From an uncultured Acidimicrobiia bacterium (lineage in GTDB: Bacteria; Actinomycetota; Acidimicrobiia; Spongiisociales; JAOTWH01), in contig CAXMQS010000088.1 of NCBI GenBank assembly GCA_964195995.1, forward strand, positions 10,082 to 74,081: a stretch of DNA of 64,000 nt. The letters are read 5' to 3'. The notes under the pieces are model-generated. The model was not told the origin of the DNA. It saw only the letters and a list, made by a program, of their open reading frames with translations, and did not search any database. Numbering within the stretch: position 1 is the first letter of the stretch; every line of letters begins with the position of its first letter. The translations under genes and the position numbers were made by a program. Below, piece by piece: positions 46,001-54,952 of this stretch.

Positions 46001-46347
46001 CAGTCTCCTCTGGGGTGTTCACCGAAGATGGCGTGCGGACCAGCTGCCCCCGCCGCGTAGAAGAGGTCGAAGCGCCTCCCCGACGCCGACGGTTCTATGC
46101 ACTTGAGCACTCCCGCCATGAACTGATCGATGAGATGGGAATCAGCGAAGCGGTCCGCTGTCTCCTGATCTTCGAACTGGGTGATGATGGAGACGCGGGC
46201 AGGATTGATGTCATCGAGGAGCACGGAGTGGTGAGTCGGAGCGTCGGGGTGGGCCAGAGCCGCTCGCTCCCACTGCTGCACCGCGTTGACGAAGTCCTGC
46301 ATCCCGCCGTCGGCAACCGTGCATTCGATGATCTCAATGCATCGCAT
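46000..46347 (-). CDS. ABM-like (dimeric alpha+beta barrel) small protein
   Basis: IIECTV..G..DFVNAV....SIITQFEDQETADRF follows the ABM-domain pattern. Weak call. Confidence 0.5.
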   Translation of the reverse strand: MRCIEIIECTVADGGMQDFVNAVQQWERAALAHPDAPTHHSVLLDDINPARVSIITQFEDQETADRFADSHLIDQFMAGVLKCIEPSASGRRFDLFYAAGAAGPHAIFGEHPRGD

Positions 46348-46366
46348 GGGCGGAACCTAGCTGGGT

Positions 46367-47227
46367 CTAGTCCTTAGTTGGCTGCGCGATTCGCTCGCGA
46401 GCGAGTTCCACGTAACCGGCATCCGTGTCATAGCCAACGAAGTGCCGTCCAGTTTCGAGCGCCGCCAGCGCAGTGGCCCCAGCACCCATGAAAGGGTCGA
46501 GCACGAGATCGCCCGTGAACGTGTACAGCTCAATGAGACGGCGTGGCAGCTCGACCGGGAACGGCGCAGGGTGACCAACCCGTTTGGCCGACTCGGGACG
46601 GATGTTCCACACCGACAGAGTCGATGAGACGAAGTCGTCCTTTTCGATCGTGTCATCGCCCTTGCGGATACGACGGAAGGTCTCCTTGCAGCCTACGACG
46701 ACGTACTCGTGGACGTCCCGTAGCGTTGGGTTCTTCGCCGACTGCCAAGATCCCCACGCCGTCGATCCCCCGGCCGCCTTGGCCTTCTGCCAGATAATCT
46801 CGCCTCGCAAGAGGAAACCAACGTCCGTTAGCAATCCAGCAACGTGGTGGTTGAGCGGCAGGTAAGGCTTGCGGCCGAGATTGGCAACATTGACGGCCAC
46901 CCTCCCGCCGGGTTCAAGCACCCGATAGGTCTCGGCCAGCACCCTCTTGAGGAGTTCCAGATACTCGGACAGGCTGAGGTCGGCGTCGTAATCCTTGCCG
47001 ACGTTGTATGGAGGCGAGGTCACCATGAGGGAAACGCAGTTGTCGGGGATCTGCAACATCGATTCGGATGATTGATGAAACAGCTCGTCGATGATCGCAG
47101 GTGGCGGATCGACGAGAGGGCTCAGTTCCTTGGCTTCGGCCTGTACTGCGATCTTGCGCTCGTAGAACTCGGAAGCGTCGTGGCTCTCGCGTTTGCCCGA
47201 GCCAAAGGACGAGGTCGAGGTCGGCAT
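46367..47227 (-). CDS. beta-class DNA methyltransferase (N4-cytosine or N6-adenine; TSPPY variant)
   Basis: Motif IV TSPPYNVGKDY precedes motif I LDPFMGAGATA. Sampled lines are ~50-58% GC, against 63-73% in sampled neighbouring lines. Confidence 0.85.
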   Translation of the reverse strand: MPTSTSSFGSGKRESHDASEFYERKIAVQAEAKELSPLVDPPPAIIDELFHQSSESMLQIPDNCVSLMVTSPPYNVGKDYDADLSLSEYLELLKRVLAETYRVLEPGGRVAVNVANLGRKPYLPLNHHVAGLLTDVGFLLRGEIIWQKAKAAGGSTAWGSWQSAKNPTLRDVHEYVVVGCKETFRRIRKGDDTIEKDDFVSSTLSVWNIRPESAKRVGHPAPFPVELPRRLIELYTFTGDLVLDPFMGAGATALAALETGRHFVGYDTDAGYVELARERIAQPTKD

Positions 47228-47270
47228 GGCGGAAACCGTACCAGCGCCAGGGGCGAGCCGTAGGCCATAA

Positions 47271-47333
47271 GACGCAGGACGCAGGACGCAGGACGCAGGA
47301 CGCAGGACGCAGGACGCAGGACGCAGGACGCAG
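47271..47333. repeat. perfect heptanucleotide microsatellite (GACGCAG)x9, followed by a degenerate GAGGAGC unit
   Basis: Counted directly from the sequence. Its proximal end is 43 nt upstream of the methyltransferase ATG. Confidence 0.95.
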
Positions 47334-47625
47334 GAGGAGCCTTGACTTGTCGCACGGAGGCCTGGCGTCTCTCCCCCCGTAGGTGGGAGTACCGGCGAAG
47401 CCGGGGAGGGGGGCTTCTTGGTGGGCGCGTATCTACGGGAGCCGCCTCCGCCTTCACGCCCTCCGGACGCTCCGCCTAGGGGGGAGGAAACAAGACCGGC
47501 CGACCAGCGGTTGCTGGCAAAGCCGTAGGCCCCATCGGACGGCCGATGGCGGTCCCGCTTGAGGCTTGAGCGTTACAGCAGCCCAAGGCTCAAAGCACAC
47601 AGCTTCTGCAGTAGCTTTTCCCCCA

Positions 47626-49062
47626 ATGATCACCGCCTTCACCGACACACCTTCCTGGGTGCCGGACGCCGTCTTCTATCAGATCTTCCCCGATCGCTTC
47701 GCCCGCTCCGACCGTGTTACCAAAAGCCGGAACCTCGAGGAGTGGGATGCCACCCCGACCCATCATGGATTCAAGGGTGGCGATCTCGGGGGTGTTATCG
47801 AGCATCTCGACCACATCATCGACCTCGGAGCCAACGCCATCCTGTTCAACCCGATCTTCCAATCGGCGTCGAATCACCGCTACCACGCACACGACTACTA
47901 CAAGATCGACCCGCTCCTCGGTGACGAAGCCCTCTTCGACGAGATGCTGGCGGCCTGCCACGAGCGCGGCATCAGGGTCGTTCTGGACGGCGTCCTCAAC
48001 CACTGCTCTCGCGGATTCTTCCAGTTCAACGACATCCTCGAGAACGGACCCCAGTCGCCGTACATCGACTGGTTCGACATCAAGGAATTCCCCATCTACC
48101 CGTACCACCCGTCGCAGGCGGAGGACCCCAACTACGAGTCATGGATCGGCCTCCCGGCGCTGCCCGAGTTCAACATAAGGAACCCTGACGTGAGGGAGTA
48201 CATCTTCGGTGTGGTCGAGTACTGGACTCGCAAGGGCATCGATGGCTGGCGGCTCGATGTTGCCCACGAGATCACCGAACCCGGCTTCTGGCAGGAGTTC
48301 CGTCGCCGCGTCAGAGAGATCAACCCCGAGGCCTACATCGTTTCGGAGATCTGGCAGGATTCTTCGGCCTGGATAAACGATCGAGAGCAGTTCGACGGCA
48401 CCATGAACTACCTCTTCACGGGGAACGCACTGTCGTTCGCGGCGGGACGTCACCTGGATGAGACGACGGTTCTCGACCAGGTGCCCTGGCCGAATACGCC
48501 TCCCATGGACGCGATGGCCTTTTCCGCCGCGGTTGACCGCATCCGCGCCCTGTACACCGATCAGGCGACGCTCGGCAACCTCAACTGCTTCGCTAGCCAC
48601 GACACCGCGCGAACATTGACCATTGTTGGAAAGGATGAGGCTGCAGTGCGCCTCACGCTTCTCCTTGTGCTGTCGTTTCCGGGCGCCGCTCACATCTACT
48701 ACGGAGACGAGATCGGCCTCGAAGGCCACAATGATCCGCTATCACGCAACGCGATCCCCTGGGACGACGCTGCTGACTGGAACCACGGGCTGTTGGAGTC
48801 ATACAGGGAGCTGATTGCGCTGCGCGTCGCCAAGCCAGCCATGCGGAGTCTCCCCTACCGAACGCTGTTAGCAGAGGGTCTCGTCTACGCCGTCGAGCGC
48901 GGCGAGGGAGACGATCGGGTGGTCGTCATCGTCAATGCCGGCGATGACGAGGCGGCACTGGACCTCGGCCTCGCCGCAGAACCGTTGTGGGGATCGGCAA
49001 CGGTTTCGGGCACGAGCATCACCATCCCTCGTCGCTCAGGTGCGGTGTTCGGCATCGAGTAA
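47626..49062 (+). CDS. GH13 alpha-amylase-family glycosidase (neopullulanase/alpha-glucosidase-like)
   Basis: ATG 47626 gives MITAFTDTPSWVPDAVFYQIFPDRF. Conserved regions DGVLNH, GWRLDVAHE, SEIW and FASHDT. Confidence 0.9.
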   Translation: MITAFTDTPSWVPDAVFYQIFPDRFARSDRVTKSRNLEEWDATPTHHGFKGGDLGGVIEHLDHIIDLGANAILFNPIFQSASNHRYHAHDYYKIDPLLGDEALFDEMLAACHERGIRVVLDGVLNHCSRGFFQFNDILENGPQSPYIDWFDIKEFPIYPYHPSQAEDPNYESWIGLPALPEFNIRNPDVREYIFGVVEYWTRKGIDGWRLDVAHEITEPGFWQEFRRRVREINPEAYIVSEIWQDSSAWINDREQFDGTMNYLFTGNALSFAAGRHLDETTVLDQVPWPNTPPMDAMAFSAAVDRIRALYTDQATLGNLNCFASHDTARTLTIVGKDEAAVRLTLLLVLSFPGAAHIYYGDEIGLEGHNDPLSRNAIPWDDAADWNHGLLESYRELIALRVAKPAMRSLPYRTLLAEGLVYAVERGEGDDRVVVIVNAGDDEAALDLGLAAEPLWGSATVSGTSITIPRRSGAVFGIE

Positions 49063-49140
49063 CGGCTCATATGGCGATGGGAGCACCGCCTACCATGCCG
49101 CAGCTATGGCCCGGGTGCCGGTGCCATCACGGAGGCTCAC

Positions 49141-50460
49141 TTGAAGCTGCTAGTTCGAAGCGCACTGATGGCTGGCGTCCTTGGCGTCGTGGCCGTTGGC
49201 TGTGGACGCGGCATTGACGAGTCGGCAACCGGAGTTACGGCGCCTACATTGCAGCCCTCGGCAACGACCAGCGTCGCCTCGACGACGACGGAAGCTCCTG
49301 TCGAAGCAACAGAACTTGTGGTGTGGGTGCCGGTGCGGGCGCGAGCGGCAGTACGGGAGGCGGCAGCCACCTTCACGACGGCGACAGGCATAGGGGTCGC
49401 AGTCGAATCCGTCGAGCTCGACGAGATGGAACTCGCCATCAGCAGCGGTGTCGGACCCGACATCTTCATGGGCAGACACACCTGGCTGGCGCGCTTGGCG
49501 CCGCGGGGCCTCGCCGTACCGGCTGGGCTGGAGTCCCGCCTCGATGACTTCGTCGAGGTTGCTGGAGACGCCTTCACCTACGAGGGCATCGTGTACGGCG
49601 CCCCGGCAACCATGGAATCCATAGCCCTGTTCTACAACTCCAACGTCGTGACCAACCCCCCGGGGGCATTCTCCGAGATCAAGGAGGCGTGCCTGCAGAT
49701 TCGCGGTGGCGACGCCACTACCACGACCGTTGACTCAACGACGACAACGGTCCCCGAACCACTCGGGGCTGGTTGCCTCGAGTATCTCGCCGATGACGCC
49801 GAAGTTGGCCTAGCTCTCGTTACAGCTGGAGACGGCTATCTCTACCGACGGGTCGATGGCTCCTACATCGCGACCGACGTCGGACTCGCCACCGACTCCG
49901 CCGTCAGCAGGGCGGCAACGCTGCGCTCCCTAGTTGTCGACGGTGTTCTCGCCGGTGCCGACGACCGCGCAGCGATGGTGGCAAGGTTCGCCAGCGGCGA
50001 GACGCCATTCCTCATAGGAGATATCGGACTGGCGGAGGCCCTCAGCTCCTCGGCCACATCCTTCGGGGTACTGCAGCTGCCGATCATCACAGGTACGACG
50101 CCGCAACCCTTCGTCGAGGTGACCGGCTTCATGGTTGCCGGAAGAAGCGTCCAACAGCAGACGGCGCTTCTCTTCCTCAGCGACTATCTGGCCACTCCAT
50201 CGGCGATGGCCGACGTCTTTGGAGCCTCGACAGGGCTTCCCGCCTACAGGGCCACCGCCGACCTCGTCGCCGGTGATCAGGTTCTCGCAGGGCTACAGGC
50301 GGCGGCTGAGGCTGGGAGTCCGCTGCCGGCAGTGGACGGCATCGACGACGTGCTCGCGGCGTTGCGCGCCACCTTGGCTTCGATTCTGGATGCAGAGGGC
50401 CCTGAAGTTGAGGCCATCCTCGGCGAGGCTGCGCAGCTAGCGCTGTCCCTGGCCAGCTAG
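49141..50460 (+). CDS. sugar ABC-type substrate-binding lipoprotein (family 1 SBP)
   Basis: TTG start 5 nt after GGAGG. Lipobox VAVGC. MalE-like pattern (ESIALFYN..). Confidence 0.75.
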   Translation: MKLLVRSALMAGVLGVVAVGCGRGIDESATGVTAPTLQPSATTSVASTTTEAPVEATELVVWVPVRARAAVREAAATFTTATGIGVAVESVELDEMELAISSGVGPDIFMGRHTWLARLAPRGLAVPAGLESRLDDFVEVAGDAFTYEGIVYGAPATMESIALFYNSNVVTNPPGAFSEIKEACLQIRGGDATTTTVDSTTTTVPEPLGAGCLEYLADDAEVGLALVTAGDGYLYRRVDGSYIATDVGLATDSAVSRAATLRSLVVDGVLAGADDRAAMVARFASGETPFLIGDIGLAEALSSSATSFGVLQLPIITGTTPQPFVEVTGFMVAGRSVQQQTALLFLSDYLATPSAMADVFGASTGLPAYRATADLVAGDQVLAGLQAAAEAGSPLPAVDGIDDVLAALRATLASILDAEGPEVEAILGEAAQLALSLAS

Positions 50461-50699
50461 GCGAACGGGTCTGCTGGGAGATCGTCCGAGCCCGAGTTGC
50501 CATTGGCTTCGGCAGCAACCTTGGAGGCAGAAGCGGTCGCCTTGGCAGCGGCCTTCTTGGCCGGAGCCTCAACGTCGACCCGATCCTCCTGGACCAAAGC
50601 GATCACATCTTCCCAATCCCGCGCCAGGGCGCACTTGGCGCAATAGGCGGCGCTACCCCGCTTGACTACGGCCTCGGCGTTACAGCGTGAGCAATCCAC
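50457..50699 (-). CDS. small zinc-ribbon protein with Lys/Ala-rich tail
   Basis: CxxC-13-CxxC (CSRC..CAKC), followed by APAKKAAAKATA. Confidence 0.6.
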   Translation of the reverse strand: MDCSRCNAEAVVKRGSAAYCAKCALARDWEDVIALVQEDRVDVEAPAKKAAAKATASASKVAAEANGNSGSDDLPADPFA

Positions 50700-50753
50700 A
50701 GTTCTCCTGGCTTCTCTGCGAGATACTTCGGCAGTTCGCCGGAACCACTTGAG

Positions 50754-52970
50754 CTACTCGGAGTCGAGGGCGCTTTCTGCCAACATCATCGAGAGATCGC
50801 GAACGACGGCCGCACCGCCGAGCTCGGTGACCCCGTCATCGAGCATCACGTAACAGAAGGGGCAACTGGTCGCGATCTCGGTGGCACCGGTGGCAATCGC
50901 CTCCTGGGTGCGTTCGACATTGACCCGCTTGCCGGTGGATTCCTCCATCCACATTCGAGCACCGCCGGCCCCGCAGCACAGTCCCTCGGAGCCGCAGCGC
51001 GGCATCTCCACTCGATCTGACACGAAAGAATCGAGCACGGTGCGAGCTGGTGAGTAGATGTCGTTGTGCCGTCCCAGATAGCACGGGTCGTGGTAGGCGA
51101 CTCGCTTGTCGCTGCCTTTCTTGGGAACGATCCGTCCCTGCTCCACAAGGTCCATTAGCAGTTGGCTGTGGTGCACGACCTCGTAGTCGCCTCCGAATTG
51201 CGGGTACTCGTTCGCCAGCGTGTTGAAGCAGTGCGGACACTGGGTTACGACCTTGCGCACCCCGAGATCGTTCAGGGTTTCGATGTTCTGCAAGGCAAGA
51301 CCCTGGAACACGTACTCGTTGCCGGAGCGCCGTGCCGGATCCCCGCTACACAGCTCTCGTGGCCCCAGGATGGCGAAGTCGACCTCTGCCTCGTGAAGAA
51401 GGCGGGCAGTTGCGATGGTGACCTTGCGGTTGCGTTCGTCGAAACTCCCGGAGCAGCCGACCCAGTAGAGATACTCCGCGCTATCGGTGTCGACGCCGAG
51501 AAGTGGCACGTCGAAGTCGAGTTCGTCCCTCCAGTCGCCTCTTGACTGCTGGCTCATCCCCCACGGATTCTGCGAGTTCTCCATGTTGAGGAACGCCGAG
51601 CCGAGTTCCTGGGGGAAGTTGGACTCCATCAGCGTGAGGTGCCGACGCATATCCAGGATCTTGTCAAGGATCTCGATGTCGACGGGACAGGCGTCATCGC
51701 AGGCCTTGCATGTCGTGCACGCGAACACCTCTTCGGGGGTGATGCGCTCGAACACGACGTCTGACCCGAGGCTGATCTCCATGTCGACACCGACCGGCGG
51801 CGACACGGCAACAGCCGCAGTGCGCGAGGCCACCTCGCCGAGCTTCAGCACGATCTCGCGGGGATCGAGCGGCTTTCCCGTCAGGTTGGCTGGACATGCC
51901 GCCGTGCAGCGGCCGCACATTGTGCAGGCATCTGTGTCGAAGAGCTGCTTCCAGGTGAACTCGCCCACCCTCGAGGCGCCAACGGTCTCGATGTCGGCGG
52001 CTTCCAGCAGATTCGGCATCTCCCGCATCGCACCCTTGGTGCGATCGCGCGGTGACAGGTACATGTTCGCCGGCGAAGTCACCATGTGCCGCAGCTTCGT
52101 TGTCGGCAGCATCACCAAGAAGACACCGAACGCCACTGCATGCCCCACCCACAGCACCTGGTGAATACCGGCTGCGCTTCCTTGCGGAACCGCCAGGCTG
52201 AGCGGATAGCCGACGAAGGACCACGTCTCGAAAGACGGCCTGCCCTCGAGTCGGATGCGGGCTGCTTCGACGGCAAGACCGCTTACGCCGATGATGGCGA
52301 GCGTTACAAGGATCCACATGTCCTCGGACTTCGTCTTTGTCCGGATGCGCCACGGGCGAGCCCCATAGCGACGGACGGTGGCGAAGGTCAGGCCGCCAAG
52401 GAACACCAGGGCGAACAGATCCAGGGTGAAGGAATAGCCCTGGTAGAAGCCGCCGCTGAGGAACTTCCAACTCTCGGGGACGAGATTGTCGATCTCGAGG
52501 ATCACGGTCCCTGCAAAGAGGACGAGGAACCCCCAGTAGATCATCGAGTGCATCAAACCCGCCACTCGATCGCGCAGCAGGGTTCTCATCGACAGCCCGG
52601 CCTCGAGCCTCTTCAGCCTCTCCAGGGGTTTCCCACTGCGGCGGTCCGCACTTCCACGTTGCCAATTGCGGGCGCGCAACGAGAAGAGGTGGAACATCAG
52701 GCCAACTGCAGCGGCCGTCCCGACGTAGAACAGGGCTTTGAGGGGGCCGGGGACGTTGCCGAAGATCTTGCGGCCGATGTCGAATTGGGGGTGAGCTTGG
52801 AGCGACGCCGCTACCCAGGCCCCGAGAATGCTCAAGGGGCCGATGATGGCCAGTGCGGACAAGACGCCGCTGGCGCTCAATCGCTTGTTGTCGGCTGCCG
52901 GGTCGTCCACCGAGAAAGAGAGTAGCTCTCGGGGATACCAGTGCTCCTGACCGTCGGCACCGCTGAACAA
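50754..52970 (-). CDS. membrane-anchored iron-sulfur reductase (NarI/DsrM-like TM domain + 2x[4Fe-4S] + two CCG domains)
   Basis: CTMCGRCTAACP and CTTCKACDDACP ferredoxin motifs. C-terminal CCG-type motifs CPHC, CCGAGG. The start is uncertain; TTG 52970 was chosen because everything upstream overlaps the MFS gene. Confidence 0.75.
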   Translation of the reverse strand: MFSGADGQEHWYPRELLSFSVDDPAADNKRLSASGVLSALAIIGPLSILGAWVAASLQAHPQFDIGRKIFGNVPGPLKALFYVGTAAAVGLMFHLFSLRARNWQRGSADRRSGKPLERLKRLEAGLSMRTLLRDRVAGLMHSMIYWGFLVLFAGTVILEIDNLVPESWKFLSGGFYQGYSFTLDLFALVFLGGLTFATVRRYGARPWRIRTKTKSEDMWILVTLAIIGVSGLAVEAARIRLEGRPSFETWSFVGYPLSLAVPQGSAAGIHQVLWVGHAVAFGVFLVMLPTTKLRHMVTSPANMYLSPRDRTKGAMREMPNLLEAADIETVGASRVGEFTWKQLFDTDACTMCGRCTAACPANLTGKPLDPREIVLKLGEVASRTAAVAVSPPVGVDMEISLGSDVVFERITPEEVFACTTCKACDDACPVDIEILDKILDMRRHLTLMESNFPQELGSAFLNMENSQNPWGMSQQSRGDWRDELDFDVPLLGVDTDSAEYLYWVGCSGSFDERNRKVTIATARLLHEAEVDFAILGPRELCSGDPARRSGNEYVFQGLALQNIETLNDLGVRKVVTQCPHCFNTLANEYPQFGGDYEVVHHSQLLMDLVEQGRIVPKKGSDKRVAYHDPCYLGRHNDIYSPARTVLDSFVSDRVEMPRCGSEGLCCGAGGARMWMEESTGKRVNVERTQEAIATGATEIATSCPFCYVMLDDGVTELGGAAVVRDLSMMLAESALDSE

Positions 52971-52975
52971 GCCGG

Positions 52976-54151
52976 CTACGGCGGATCCTGGCCGGAAGTA
53001 CCCAGGGCCGAAGTCAGGACCAACACGGCGAGCACCGCTGGGATCGTGACCACCGCGATGGCTTGGCCAACAGTGAATGCGTCGGCTTCGGCGAGGAAGC
53101 CGACCATGGCCGGGGCGATGAGCAGCCCGACACGCGATCCGGCCGTGAGCGCCCCCAGGGAACGTCCACCGCCCGGCGACTTGGCGGCGGCGTCGTAGAG
53201 CTGGGGGAACACGACCGAAACGCCAAGGGCCGCGATGAACAGCCCGATGAAGACTGACCCGATCCAAGGGACGAGCGTGGCAATGGCGATACCGAGAGCG
53301 GCAATCACCGTCGCGGCGCGTATCGCAACTTGGCTGCCAAATCGATGGACAACGGTGTCTCCATTGAGGCGGCCGATGACCATGCCTGCGGTGAACGCCA
53401 CATATGCCAAGGCCGCAACGCCCTCCGATGCCGCCAGATCTTCGGTGGCGCGGAAGGCTGCCCAATCGCTGTTGACCATCTCGGGAATCACGGCAGCTGC
53501 CCCAACGAGGAGGAAGAACCAGAGCACCCGCCCGAGCCTGCGCGAGCTATTCGCTGTCGCCGGCGGTGGCCGGTCATCGTGCGTCAGCAGCCCCGGCGCG
53601 ACATAGAGCAAGGTCGCCAAGAGAGCGAGGGCCGCCAGCGCGAGATGCACACCGAGATCGACTCCCGCCGCCGCCATCCCGGTCGCGATGAGACCGCCGA
53701 CCACCGTACCGAGACTCCAGGTGGCGTGCAGGCGGTTCATGACCGGCTTTGCCCGCCTGGTACTGAGGGCGGAGCCTTGCACGTTCATGGCCACATCCGT
53801 GAACACGTCTGCTGCGTGGATCAGGCCAAGAACGAGCAGCAGCTGCCATACCGCGTCGACGACTCCAACGAGAGGGAGTAACAAGACGAGAAATGTCGAT
53901 CCGACCAGCATGACCCGCTTGGTGCTGAGCTCTTCGGTCGCTCGGCCAACCAAGGCGCTACCCAGGACGCCCCCGACGGTCGCCACCGCCAATACCCACC
54001 CGATCGTCGACAACGACGCTCCAACCTCATCTCGGATCTCTGGCAAGCGAGGCACGTATGACGCCACCACCGCGCCGTTGACGAAGAACTGAACCGCAAC
54101 CGCACGCAGCGCCCGCCGGTCGAGTTCGGTGCTCATCGTTGGACCTGCCAC
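52976..54151 (-). CDS. MFS transporter
   Basis: 12-TM hydrophobicity profile. Confidence 0.85.
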   Translation of the reverse strand: MAGPTMSTELDRRALRAVAVQFFVNGAVVASYVPRLPEIRDEVGASLSTIGWVLAVATVGGVLGSALVGRATEELSTKRVMLVGSTFLVLLLPLVGVVDAVWQLLLVLGLIHAADVFTDVAMNVQGSALSTRRAKPVMNRLHATWSLGTVVGGLIATGMAAAGVDLGVHLALAALALLATLLYVAPGLLTHDDRPPPATANSSRRLGRVLWFFLLVGAAAVIPEMVNSDWAAFRATEDLAASEGVAALAYVAFTAGMVIGRLNGDTVVHRFGSQVAIRAATVIAALGIAIATLVPWIGSVFIGLFIAALGVSVVFPQLYDAAAKSPGGGRSLGALTAGSRVGLLIAPAMVGFLAEADAFTVGQAIAVVTIPAVLAVLVLTSALGTSGQDPP

Positions 54152-54172
54152 ACCAGGGACCGATCGATCGCC

Positions 54173-54901
54173 TTACACATCCTTGGTGCCGAACCACATC
54201 CCGCGGCCGATGAAGCCCTCGTCGTCGTAGTCGACTTCGAGGCCGGCAGCTTCCATGGCAGCTCGATACTCGGCGGCCGCGAACAGCGTTGTCGGGTGGT
54301 CTTCGGCGAAGTAGCTAACGCCGTGTGGCGTCATCACCATGTGATGGAAGTTGATGACCACGTGGTTGTCGACCCTCTCTCCGGTGCTCATGCGGGCAAC
54401 CTTGAGATCGTCGCTGTTGTATGTCATCAAGTCGAGATGGCCGTCGCTCCACCCCTCGACATCCAACCATGGCTCCACGATCAACACGCCGCCCGGCACC
54501 AGATGCCTGGTCATGTTGCTGATCGCCCTCGCGAGCGAATCGGTGTCTGGCATGTAGCCGATAGCACTGAAGAGACAGGTCACCGCATCGAACCGCCGAT
54601 CGAGCTCGAAGTGCCGCATGTCACCAAGGTGGAAGGCGACATCGGGGTTGCGCTCGGTGGCGATGGCCAGCATCGGCTCGGAAAGATCGATGCCCTCGAC
54701 TTCGTAGAACCGTTGCAGGCGTTCAATGTGCAGGCCAGTGCCACAGGCGACGTCGAGGAGCGTTGCCGCACCAGGTCTCCTCGCCTGGATCCAGGTGTGA
54801 AGACGCTCGACATCGGCCTCGTAGTCCTTCATCTGGCCGTACAGAACGTCGTAGATCCTTGCCGACCCCTCCCACGGCTCCATCGCCATCGCTGCCTCCA
54901 A
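54173..54901 (-). CDS. class I SAM-dependent methyltransferase (TylM1/DesVI-like)
   Basis: YDVLY..KDYEADV, LLDVACGTGLH and CLFSAIGYM blocks. Confidence 0.85.
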   Translation of the reverse strand: MEAAMAMEPWEGSARIYDVLYGQMKDYEADVERLHTWIQARRPGAATLLDVACGTGLHIERLQRFYEVEGIDLSEPMLAIATERNPDVAFHLGDMRHFELDRRFDAVTCLFSAIGYMPDTDSLARAISNMTRHLVPGGVLIVEPWLDVEGWSDGHLDLMTYNSDDLKVARMSTGERVDNHVVINFHHMVMTPHGVSYFAEDHPTTLFAAAEYRAAMEAAGLEVDYDDEGFIGRGMWFGTKDV

Positions 54902-54905
54902 CGAC

Positions 54906-54933
54906 AGACGCCGCTGGCGGACCAGCGGCGTCT
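54906..54933 (-). terminator. intercistronic hairpin after pspA (attenuator or partial terminator)
   Basis: AGACGCCGCTGG-CGGA-CCAGCGGCGTCT, a 12-bp perfect stem with no clear U-tract. Confidence 0.35.
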
Positions 54934-54952
54934 CTCTACGGTTTGTGCCGCC

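Noticed and set aside
47271-47333. Possibility that the 7-mer array is a CRISPR array or part of a coding repeat
   Set aside because: There are no spacers (the units are contiguous), and the unit is far too short for a CRISPR repeat. The ORFs spanning it (47101-47382 +, 47122-47457 -) are antisense to the methyltransferase gene or are low-complexity artefacts.
52971-53465. N-terminal 165-aa extension of the Fe-S reductase ORF
   Set aside because: It overlaps the MFS transporter gene on the same strand in another frame. The extension is Arg/Gly-rich and shows no recognisable motif, whereas the MFS frame has a clear TM periodicity.
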